64,000 bases of DNA, taken from NCBI RefSeq assembly GCF_963921235.1, contig NC_086097.1, positions 95,978,001 to 96,042,000 of the forward strand, given 5' to 3'. How positions within the stretch are numbered: the stretch's first letter is position 1; each line of letters starts with the position of its first letter. The stretch comes from Mobula hypostoma. Its lineage: Eukaryota. The translations under genes were made by a program, and so were the position numbers. Shown one piece after another: positions 24,601-36,600 of this stretch. Under the pieces are notes generated by a model that saw nothing but the letters and a program-made list of their open reading frames with translations, was not told where the DNA came from and searched no databases.

Positions 24601-27600
24601 CAGCATAAAACCCACTGAGGCAGATGAAAATAAGATGATGTTCATGCCCTCCACTTATGAGGAACAGAAATTTAAACCAACAGACTTGGGCGTAACTTCA
24701 AATTGTGAAACAAATAATTCAGTGTTGCAAAACCACACTATCAACAGCTTAGATGCAAATAAAACTATATTGTTTCTAGAGCATGATAATGATATGGAGA
24801 TCACCAAAAGCCATACTATTTCTATTAACCATTTTGTCATGGGAAAATGTGATGGATTTCATTCAGTAAAGGAACCTAATAACTCAGTGAAACTAGGAAA
24901 TAATGGATCACTTGATTCTTCCCTTCCTCAACGTAAGGCTGTTGTGCTTTCTGGAGTAGATCATATTGCTGTGACAGGAAGTGTTACTGTACCCATTAAT
25001 GTGAAGACAGATCACCAAACAAATCAAGATCAGCCAACAGTTGCCGCATCTAACATAAATGAGAGATCAATGTTGCTGTCATGTATCCATGATGAACTTG
25101 CAGTCACTGGTTATGAATCTTCTAGAAAAATTGAGAAGAGTAAGGCACAGGATACAACAAAATTGATGTCTAGGTCTTTGGGTATTCATCAGGAGAATCT
25201 GACAGAAACTCAGATGTTTTCCAATGAAAATGACATGGATATAACTAAAAGCCACACAGTTTCTATTGACAGTGCAATGCTTGGGCAAGTGTCAAATTGC
25301 AAAGTTGGTTCAAATGCATCTTTTATTCATGATAAAACCATGGTGTTTTCAGAAGCAAATGATATGGATATTACACAGAGTCATACAGTTGCAATTGAAA
25401 GTGATGATCCACAACAATTTTCAAACAAAGCATTACAGTCAACAAGGAAGAGTATCAGTTTGTTTACTCCTGGATCAAAAATGGCATTATTACCCAATGA
25501 AAATACCATTATGTTTTCAGAGGCAAATGACATGGATATAACCAAAAGCCACACAGTTACAATTGATGGTGGAAGTGTTTGGAAAGTGCCAGATTGCACA
25601 GTTGGATCAAATGCATCCTTGGCTAATGATAGAACTGTGGTGTTTTCAGAAGCAAATGATATGGGCATTACAAAAAGCCATACAGTTGCAATTGAAAGTG
25701 ACAATCTTAGTCAAATTTCAAACAAAGCATTGCAGTCATCAAGGAAGAGTTTCAGTTTGTTTACTGCTGGATTGAAAATGGCATCATTACCCATTGAAAA
25801 TACGGTTATGTTTTCGGAGGCAAATGATATGGATATAACCAAAAGCCACACAGTTACAATTGACAGTGGAAGTGTTGGGAGAGTGCCAGATTGCACAGTT
25901 GAGTTAAATGCACCCTTTGCTAGTGATAGGACTGTGGTGTTTTCAGAAGCAAATGATATGGACATTACACAGAGTCATACAGTTGCAATTGAAAGTGACA
26001 ATCTGGGACAAATTTCAAACAAAGCATTGCAGTCAACAAGGAAGAGTTCCAGATTGAGTACTCTTGGATCCATCGTGGCATCGTTACCCAATGGAAAAAC
26101 TGTAGTATTTTCAGAGGCAAATGATATGGATATAACCAAAAGCCACACAGTTACAATTGACAGTGGAAGCATTGGGAGAATGCCAGATAGCACAGTTGGG
26201 TCGAATGAACCCTTTGCTAGTGATAGAACTGTGGTGTTTTCAGAAGCAAATGATATGGACATTACACAGAGTCATACAATTGCAATTGAAAGTGACAACC
26301 TAGGACAAATTTCAAACGAAGCATTGCAGTCAACAAGGAAAAGTTCCAGATTGAGTACTCTTGGATCCATCGTGGCATCGTTACCCAATGAAAAAACTGT
26401 AGTATTTTCAGAGGCAAATGATATGGATATAACCAAAAGCCACACAGTTACAATTGACAGTGGAAGCATTGGGAGAGTGCCAGATAGCACAGTTGAGTTA
26501 AGTGCACCCTTTGCTAGTGATAGGACTGTGGTGTTTTCAGAAGCAAATGATATGGACATTACACAGAGTCATACAGTTGCAATTGAAAGTGACAATCCAG
26601 GTCAAATTTCAAACAAAACATTACAGTCAACAAGGAAGAGTTCTAGGTTGAGTACTCTTGGATCCATCTTGGCATCATTACCCAATGAAAAAACTGTAGT
26701 ATTTTCAGAGGCAAATGATATGGATATAACCAAAAGCCACACAGTTACAATTGACAGTGGAAGCATTGGGAGAGTGCCAGATTGCACATTTGAGTTAAAT
26801 GCACCCTTTGCTAGTGATAGGACTGTGGTGTTTTCAGAAGCAAATGATATGGACATTACACAGAGTCATACAGTTGCAATTGAAAGTGACAATCTAGGAC
26901 AAATTTCAAACAAAGCATTACAGTCAACAAGGAAGAGTTCTAGGTTGAGTACTCTTGGATCCATCTTGGCATCATTACCCAATGAAAAAACTGTAGTATT
27001 TTCAGAGGCAAATGAAATGGATATAACCAAAAGCCACACAGTTACAATTGACAATGGAAGTGTTGGGAGAGTGCCAGATTGCACAGTTGGGTCAAGTGTA
27101 TCCTTGACTAGTGATAGGACTGTGGTGTTTTCAGAAGCAAATGATATGGACATTACAAAAAATCATACAGTTGCAATTGAGAATGGAAATTTTAAAATGA
27201 ATGGCAACCAAACTTTTGGCTACCAGAAAATGACGTCCAGTCACAGTAATACCCTGGCATGTCTTCCCAATTCCAGGTCTAATTTATTTTTACAATTAAA
27301 TGATGATGGTATACCTCCAAGCCCTGTAGCTGTGGTGGACAGTATGAATTTTGAGGCAATTGTAAATTGTGCTGTTAGTTCCAGTTCATCCTTTCCTGGT
27401 GGTGACACTGTGGTAGTCTCAGAACCAAATGATATGGATATGACCAGAAGTCATACAATTGCAATTGAAGGTGGATGTCTTGGTCCAGCTATAAAATTAA
27501 AAACATGTTCAGCTAGTTCTTTTCCTGGTGATAGGACCACAATATTTTCAGAAGCAAATGATATGGACATGACCAAAAGCTATACAACTAATATTGATAG

Positions 27601-30600
27601 TGAAAACTGTGAGGCAATTTCAAATGGAGCACTTTGTTCTGCAAAAATAACCTCTGATTTGAATGCTGTTGGGTCTATCCTATCATCATGTTCCAGTACA
27701 AATACTGTGGTTTCTGAACAAGCAGCAGCTGTTAAAGAAAAAGACATTGTGCTTATTCATGGGAGGCATGATGAATATGGTAAACACAAAGTTACCCAGC
27801 TAAAGCTTGTCACAGAGCAACAACAGTTTAGTAACCAAATGGATCATGCTAGTAGTAGGATTCAAAGAAATTTGGAAGCTAATTTGAAGTGCATAACTGG
27901 ACCTAATGAAAAAAGGAATCTGAAAGGAATCGAGCTCTGCATAGAGAGTTCTTCTGATGCTACTCTAACACACAAAAGTAACCTTGAAGTCCAGGAGAGA
28001 GCAATAATTGATCAGACCAAGGAGGCAGATTCTGAAGCATTTATTCAGTCTCAGGTTACTGAAGGTAATGCTCATGGGACAAGAACTGAATCTGTAAGTA
28101 CAACAAATAACTATTTGGAATGTAATGCATCCATAAAGTCAGATATATCTAATGTGTCATCTCTTCAGAAAATGAATTACATACCCGATATAACTCCTGA
28201 CTCTCCATTAGAAAAGCCTCCAATGGATGGCAACAACCCTGTTGATTGTCAAACATTTGATGTAAAGACTTGTTTACCAAAACAAAGCTCATTTGTTAAG
28301 GACCCACTTGCATCTCAAATCTCTCTTAGTGCCTTCCTTCCTAAATTGCCTAGCAGAAGAAATCTATGTAGAACTGTGCATTTAAGTCATCAGAATGTAG
28401 TAAAATCATCAGCAGAATATCACTGCTCTGATTCACTTCTAAATACAACGGCCAAATCAGAAGGTCTTGAAAGCTCAGAAATATTTGAACCTTCTGGAAA
28501 CTCCCAGGAACAGTTGGATGGACAGCATAAAATGCAGGTGAATGATTGTGATGAAGTAGAAAGCAGAAAGTTGGATTTTTTGAATCCCTCTCTCTGTTTG
28601 AAGTCCAGTGGAGGGTGCTCTCTCCATGAACAGCAGTATAGAGAAACTTTTTCTGCTCCTGAACAAGGTATCAATGCGACAGACCAGGTTCTTTTATGCT
28701 CAAAAATTTCAACAGTGGTACAAAGGCCTTGCCAGAAACGAATTTGGAGTGAAGAAGAAAATGGAAATGTATACAACAAAAGAAAAACATTGGAATGCAA
28801 GGGCACTGATGCTTCTAGAAAAGAGGTAAATGAAAAAGAATGTGCAACCAAAGCAGTTGTGAATGTTTCTATGATATAGTAGAGTACTTGTTCTCATAAT
28901 TTTCTGTTAAGGAATTGGGGTAAAGGAAGAGAGTTCAAACTCTGAACTAGAACTTGATTTTAAGTCTACTGTCTCTGAAGATTTTAACCACAATACACTT
29001 GATTATGGTGGTTGTCATATTATCAACAAAAGTTTGGAATTAAATATAGCCTCAACTGTAATTCTATATGAACAGTGTTATAAATAAAACCAAGCAATAT
29101 CCTGTATAGTGAAATTTTGGCTTTTGGACAAAGTATATACATTTTCCTTCCAAATACTTCTTTAAAAAAAAAATGAAAATGGTAGATCCAGTATGAAGTG
29201 ACTTTAATGAATTGATATTTAGAATGTAATGACCCTTTGACTACTTAGAGTACTTGTTGAATCCTGATGTCCTGATTCTCTGCAAACAAACAAAGATGCA
29301 CGTGTGTGTTCCATTATGCTGCTCACTACAACAAGTAGTATCCATTGATGTTCCCTTTCTCTTGCCCACGAGAAATTGCATGTGGATTTGTGATGTAATA
29401 CATTGGAGTCTGCCTTATTTCAACGAGGTTCACCACAACACTAGATTTGCTTTGAATAACTTATTTTCACCAACATTCACTCGTTTTTGGCTATATTTAA
29501 TCCTTATAGTTCCAAATGAAAGAAATTAGTGGTGGGTGCTTTGAAGAACAAATTACACTTTTATATAAAAAAAAATGAAATCACTGTTGATTGTGAGCAT
29601 TCTCATTTTGTCAAGCTCATTCAACTAACTATTTCAAATCAATAGATAATTTTCTAATTTATGGATTCAATATTTCTATATATTTATAGAATTATTGGCT
29701 CTGACATGGAAGTGGCATTTCATATAATTTTCAAGGTATTTTTAACATAGGTCAAAATTACACCTGCTGTGCAGTGGGAAGGAGTAGGGCATGAAACAGT
29801 GGAAGAGAACTTGCTGAGTCTGACAACGAAGAGCCTGGATAGCAACAGTTCCTTGGATTCAACCAAAGGTGATGGTACTTCTGCTCATACAATCAGTAAG
29901 TTATGATTAACACTTAATTCTTTTTGCAATGGGGAAATGTGTTGTGTGGGTTATGGCATGAAACATTTATTTTTGTTTAGAGATACTGCACAGAGCTTCA
30001 CCTCCCTGTGCATTCAGGCTTGGGAGTGCTGCCATGTTCCTGACTTTTAGAACAAAGTACTTGGATTAATTTGTAGCACAACTGTTTTCAACCCTTGCTT
30101 GATCCTACCTGCTGGTTTTCATTCATTCATCAAGGGAACAGTGCTGTATTCATGCACGGCAATTTTGATTTGTTAGTCTGATCCTGGCTAACGAGATATT
30201 TATGATTTTTTTTTTAAAAACTGTTGGTTGAACAGCTACTTTCTGATGCAGTTCAAAATGAGACTGAATGCCTGGCTGCCCTTTAAATTTTAAAGGATTC
30301 ACAGGACACTGATTCTGTTATTTCATTTATCAGTTAAAGACTGAGAACAATATAATTTTAGTTTTTCTATTTTTAAAATGCATCTCTTTCACTTTGATTT
30401 TACCTTTAAGAGATAACTAATTAAATCTCATTTACCTGAAGCACTGATTTTTGTCTTTACTTTCCACACCTGATGGTGCACTATCAGATTCCTTTAACTT
30501 GGTACAAGGCATGAAACAATTGTAAGCATGCCTAAAAAAAAATGATCATTACCTATTGATACAGCTTCATAACTACCCATATTAATTCTAGTGGATTTTG

Positions 30601-33600
30601 GTGTGTATGGCACTTGTTTAATCAGATGGGTTCCTGGGATGAAGACAAAAAGAATCGTTCTCATTCTTTGGAGTTCAGAAGAAAGAGAAGTGATCTTTTT
30701 GAAACTTGATGGAGTCTGGAGGGACTTGGTGGGCCAAGTAGGCGAGGATTTGTCCTGACTGTGGAACCCACAGTTAGGTACATCGGACAGCAATTCAAGC
30801 TGAGAAAATTAGGAATTTCTGGTTGTGAATATTTCAAAATCTGTACCTCAAAGATATGTAGCCACTGAGGCTTGCAGTTTATTGAAGGTGAAGTCAGACA
30901 AAATAGTTCAAAATGGGGCTTAGTATTTTGTGTTCTTATAGCATATGGTTTGTGAATCAAATCAGACAGATTTAATAAATAATAATGTAAATGCTCTTCA
31001 TGTGTCATCACCATTTGCATAGTGCCCAGATGTAGGGTGGGATAGCTGGAAATAAGGATGATCGGCTTTCAAATGGACATGAACTAATGATAGTTCATAG
31101 AGATTTGACATTTTGAAACCTTGCTGTACAACTTTTAATTTTTTTTTTCAGCTCCAAAATGCAACTTAAATGCATCCCTTGTGATCTTGGAGGAGTCAGA
31201 GTTGCATAAGGTATGGTCATTTTATTGTTTTGTCTGTGATTTCAAATGTAGTAATTTAAACAGAGACTTGAATGTTTGTTCATCTCTTATGTTGAAAGTT
31301 CGAAGTGAATTTATTATCAAAGTATGTATATGTTACTAAATGTTAGCTTGAGATTCATTTCTTCTGGGCATACACAATAGTGTATAACCTTTGTGTTAAG
31401 CTATGTTAAAATTTTCTTAAGTTTTAGACTTTTATTGATTAACAAAAATCACACCTATGGCAGCCAGGAAGGTAGTACATATGCTTTATAACTTGCTTCT
31501 TTTCAACAGAATAAAACAACTTTCTGATTGAAGCCATGAGTAATTTGTTTGCTTTTTTTTCTTCCCCCAGCTTTTATATTTTGCACTTAAATGCTTAAGC
31601 AGTATAATACATGCAATAAACAAATATGGCTTCAAATCCAGGATATTTTTATATGATATACTTTCCCTTGTAGAAATTGATGGATGGTGAGATCACAGTC
31701 CGGGAATTCTTCAAGTTCTTGAAAGTTCAAACACGTCCACAGAAGTCTCGCCAGAGTGAGCTGCAAGTCAACGTAAGAGTACAGCTACAGATTTTCATTT
31801 CCTTTAACAGATCCTGCAAAAATGTTTTGAATGTATCCCCAGGGATGTTTTTCACAACTAAAATGTTACCTACTGAAATACTATTTATTTATGTATTTTT
31901 AAGACCTTTTATATCATGTACTGAGTTTGAAACATGCCCACTGTTAAATTTTGTAACTAATTGGAGGTTGTAAGACTTTTTTGTTTGTTTTTTTTTTGCA
32001 TCCAAGTTTATAGTTTTGATAAAGGAACTAGGGTACTAAATTCAAATCTGAGCAGTGCATTTCGGTGCTCAATACCCACATGAGAGATAAAATGAAGTTC
32101 TCTCTGTAACACCCGATGTGAAAGTGAAAACAGTAGATGAAGCATGGTGTTTACTTGGTATGCTAATCAGTCAATTGGCATTGAGAAACGGACATGCTAT
32201 TTTCTATTGATGGCACATTTTATTCATGTATACTGCAGCTAAAATGTTAATGCAGTAGATTTGTTGTTCGTATGTTATGTGCCACGTTGTATGACATGGG
32301 CATTCAAGGTCTTTCCATGACCATGACTGTCTTTGGCAGATTTTTCTACAAAGTGGTTTGGCATCGCAGCCTTCAGCTGCTCATACAACCATCCACCACC
32401 TATTCCCATGGCTTCAGGTAACCCTAATCTCAGGGTTGGGCGGGTGGGGTGAAGCAGGTGCTACACTTTGCCCAAGGATGACCTGCAGTCTGGCAGAGAG
32501 GAGGAATACTTGCACTTCCTTTGGTAGCAGCGTATCTCTATCACGTCACCCATAGTAGGTTTATCAATGGAATGAAAACTTGGAGCTGTTTAGCATAGCG
32601 CCCCCCCAACCCCCACCTTGATCAGGGTCATTGAAGCCATGGGAGCAGGTGGTGGATTGTTGTATCAGCAGCTGGTCCATACCACGTCCTTGTTATGCAA
32701 TCACTGATGCCAGGCAGCCAATCTCTGAAGTGTATTGATATGGGTGGGTCACCTGTCTTGTAAAGACACTGCCCAGAAGAAGGCAATGGCAAACCACTTC
32801 TGGGGGGGAAAAAAAAATTTCAAAGAACAATCATGGTCAAAACACCATAAGAACATAGGAAATAGGAGTAGGCCATGTGGCCCATCGAGCCTGCTCTGTC
32901 ATTCAATAAGATCATGGCTGATCTGGCCATGGACTCGTCACCACCTACCTGTCTTTTCCCATAACGCTTAATTCCCCTATTATGCAAAAATCTATTCTTT
33001 TTTTATTTTTATTTTAGGCATCTGTTAGTCTCGTGAGACCATGGATTTGCGCCTTGGAAGGTTTCCAGGGTGCAGGCTTGGGCAAGATTGTATGGAAGAC
33101 CGGCAGTTACCCATGCTGCAAGTCTCCCCTCCCCACGCCACCGATGTTGTCCAAGGGAGGGCACTAGGGCCAATACAGCTTGGCATCGGTGTCATCGCAA
33201 AGCAATGTGTGGTTAAGTGCCTTGCTCAAGGACACAACACGCTGCCTCAGCTGAGGCTTGAACTAGCGACCTTCAGATCACTAGACCGATGCCTTAACCA
33301 CTTGGCCACGCGCAAAAATTTATTCAACCTTGTTTTAAATACGTATATTTACTGTGGTGAGCTCCACTGCTTCATTGGGCACAGAATTCCACAGATTGCC
33401 TACTCTTTGAGAAAAGCAGTTCCTCCTTATCTCTGTCCTAAATCTACTCCCCTAAATCTTGAGGCTATATCCCCTAGTTCTAATCTCATCTACTGGTGGG
33501 AACAGTTTTCTGCCTCTATCTTATCTAACCCTTTCATAATTTTGTATGATTATATAAGATCTCCACTCATTCTTCTGAATGCCAGTGAGTACAGTCCCAG

Positions 33601-36600
33601 GCTTCTCAATCTCTCCTCATAGTCTAACACCCTCATCTCTGGAATTAACCTGGTGAACCTCTTCTGTACCACCTCCAAGCCAGTATATCCTTCCTCAAGG
33701 TAAGGAGACCAGAACTGCACGCAGTACTCCAGGTGTGGCCTCACAATTACCCTATACAGTTGCAGCATAGCCTTTCTGCCCTTAAATTCAATCCCTCTAG
33801 CAATGAAGGCCAATATTCCATTTGTCGTCTTGATGGTCTGCTACACCTGTAAACCAACCTTTTGTGATTCATGCACAAGCACTCCTAAGTCCTTCTGCAC
33901 AGCAGCATGCTGCAATCTTTTACTATTTAAATAATAATCTGATCTTCCATTTTTCCTTCCAAAGTGGATGACCTCGCATTTACCAACATTGTACTCCATC
34001 TGCCAGACCCTTGCTCACTCACTTAACCTATCTATATCTCTCTACAGACTGTCCATATCATCTGCACAATTTGCTTTTCCACTCAATTCAGTGTCATCAG
34101 CAAACTTAGATACACTACACTTGGTCTCCTTTTCCAGATTGTTAATGTATATTGTGAACAGTTGCAGCCCCAGCACCGACCCCTGCAGCACACCACTCAT
34201 CACTGATCGCCAACCAAAGAAACATCCATGCATCCTAACTCTCTGCTTTCTATTGGTTAACCAATCCTCTATATATGCTAATGCATCAACTTTATGCATC
34301 CTTATCTTATGGATAAGTCTTTATGTGGCACCTTATTGAGCACCTTCTGGAAATCCAAGTAAATAACGCCCATCTGTTCCCCTCTATCAACTGCGCTTGT
34401 TATATCCTCAAAAAGCTCCAGTAAGTTTGTCAAACAGGACCTGCCTTTGCTGAATCCATGCTGTGTCTGCATGATGCATCCATTTCTTTCCAGATGTCTC
34501 GCTATTTCTTTAATGATAGATTCAAGCATTTTCCCAACTACAGATGTTAAAGTAACCGGCCTATAGTTACTTGCCTTTGCGTACATCCCTTTTTGAGCAG
34601 TAGCATAACTTTTGGCTTCTTGAAATCCGCCGGAACCTGCCCAGAGTCCAGAGAAAGCCTCAAGTATAACTTCAGCCATTTCTTTCAATACCCAGGGATA
34701 TATTCCATCAGGACCAGGGGACTTGTCTATCTTTAGGTCCACAATTTTGCTCAGTACTACCTCTTTAGCGATAGCTATTATATCGAGGGCCTCGCCTCCC
34801 ATCGCATCCATATTATCTCTCTTTGGCATGTTAGATGTGTCCTCCACCATGAAGACCAATACAAAATAGTCATTCAAAGCCTCAACCATTTCCTTGTTAC
34901 CCAGTGTCAATTCCCCCTTCGTATCCTCGAAGGCAGTGGTCCCCAACCACCGGGCCGCGGACCAGTACCGGTCCCCAAAGATGTGCTACCTGGCCACGAG
35001 GAAACGATATGATTTGGCGATATGAAACAATATGAGTCAGCTGCACCTTTCCTCATTCCCTGTCACGCACTGTTGAACTTGAACACCTCCCCCCACCCCA
35101 TCGGCCAGTCTGCAAGAATATCATCAATATTAAGCCGGTCAGCGGTGCGAAAAAGGTTGGGGACCCCTGCTCTAAGGGACCTATGTTCACTTTAGTCACC
35201 CTTTTCCGTTTAATGTAATAATAAAAAATTTTACCATCAGTTTTTAGATTATGTGCTAGTTTATTTTCATAATCTATTTTCCCTTTCATTATTGTTCGCT
35301 TAGTGCTTCATTGTAGCTTTTTAAAGTTTTCCCAATCTTCCAGTTTCCCACTACTCTCAGCAACTTTGTATGCATGAGCTTTTAGTTTGATGCCTTCCTT
35401 TATTTCCTTAGTTATCCATGGCTGGCTCTCCCACCCTTACTGTCCTTGCTTTTAACTGGAATATACTTTTGTTGAGCACTGAAAAATCTCTTTGAAAGTC
35501 TTCCACTGTTCCTCAACCATCCCACCATATTGCCTGTGTTCCCAGTGTACCCTATCTGACTTCTGCCTCATCCTGTTGTAGTCTCCCTTATTTAGGCATA
35601 ATACACTAGTTTTAAATCAAACTATTGCACCCTCCATTTGTATGAGACACTCAATCATACTATGATCACTCTTTCCAAGAGGATCCCTAACTACAAAATT
35701 GCTAATTTCTGCCTCATTGCACAGGACCGGATTCAAGATAGCATGTTCCCTTGTAGGTTCAGTAACATGCTGTTCAAGAAAGCTATCACATATGCATTCT
35801 GTGATCATGATCACACCATGATTGCCTACATCTCTTGTCATAGCGCAAGATGATGATGATTCCTTCTCAAAATTGAATTTAAGTATTGCACAATATTTAA
35901 AATTGTATTTTCATGTTACATTCAATCTGACAATTCCTTGTTTAAGTACCTTAGAATATTTATTGCCAATACAATGGAGCCAACTACTATGGAGAAATGT
36001 TTTTTCATTATTTTCTTAATACATTGAAATTGTATAGCATTTTCTTATTGTTACACTGGAGCAACAGCTTGTATTACATTCTATTTTCTAGAGTGAAACT
36101 TTAACCCACAATATTCTGGGACTGATGGTATTAGAAACTTTTATTAACACTTTTGAATTGACACTTTTATTTGCACACCATTATACCATGGAGGTGATAA
36201 ATCCTAATTTAAACTTGGTAGTTTCAATGGCTTATATACTGTAGTTATAATTACACCTATAGATAAAATGGCAATGATGGTATCAGAGAGAAAAATGAGA
36301 GGTGGAGAAGATGACAGATTAAGCATCCATTTAATTTGCTGTAGAATTGCTTCTAAAGATTAGCTTTATTAGTTTTATTTGTTACATGTACATTGAAACG
36401 TACAGTAAAATGTGTACTTTGTGGCATCAAGTCAAATCAGTGAGGTGAGGTTTGGGCTGGGCAGCCCATCAGTATCACGATGCTTCAGGCGCAAAATAGC
36501 ATGCCTAAAGCTCACTAACCCTAACTGTATGTTCATCTTTGGAATGTGGGAGGAAATCCACACGGTTATGCGGTGAACTTACAAACTCCTTACAGACAGC

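Larger units (their letters stand above)
32846..35803 (-). mobile_element. 5'-truncated CR1 LINE carrying nested insertions
   Basis: ORF fragments [43 protein letters not shown]. Confidence 0.9.

Noticed and set aside
25381..27153. Repeated minus-strand ORFs ([12 protein letters not shown]...) and a CRISPR-like appearance
   Set aside because: These are antisense shadows of the MELT repeat. The units are coding and have no unique spacers, and the context is eukaryotic.
24386..28879. 1497-aa ORF as a stand-alone intronless gene or repetitive surface protein
   Set aside because: It starts at GTG, is bounded by in-frame splice sites (24326 and 28825) and joins flanking KNL1 exons.
28826..29090. 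Read-through to stop 28879 plus AATAAA near 29083 as a truncated MELT-only isoform
   Set aside because: A short read-through and an AATAAA in AT-rich intron are expected by chance; no supporting evidence without transcripts.
33230..33311. tRNA gene on the minus strand
   Set aside because: It is the tRNA-derived head of a SINE with body, A-tail and TSD; no complete cloverleaf is supported.
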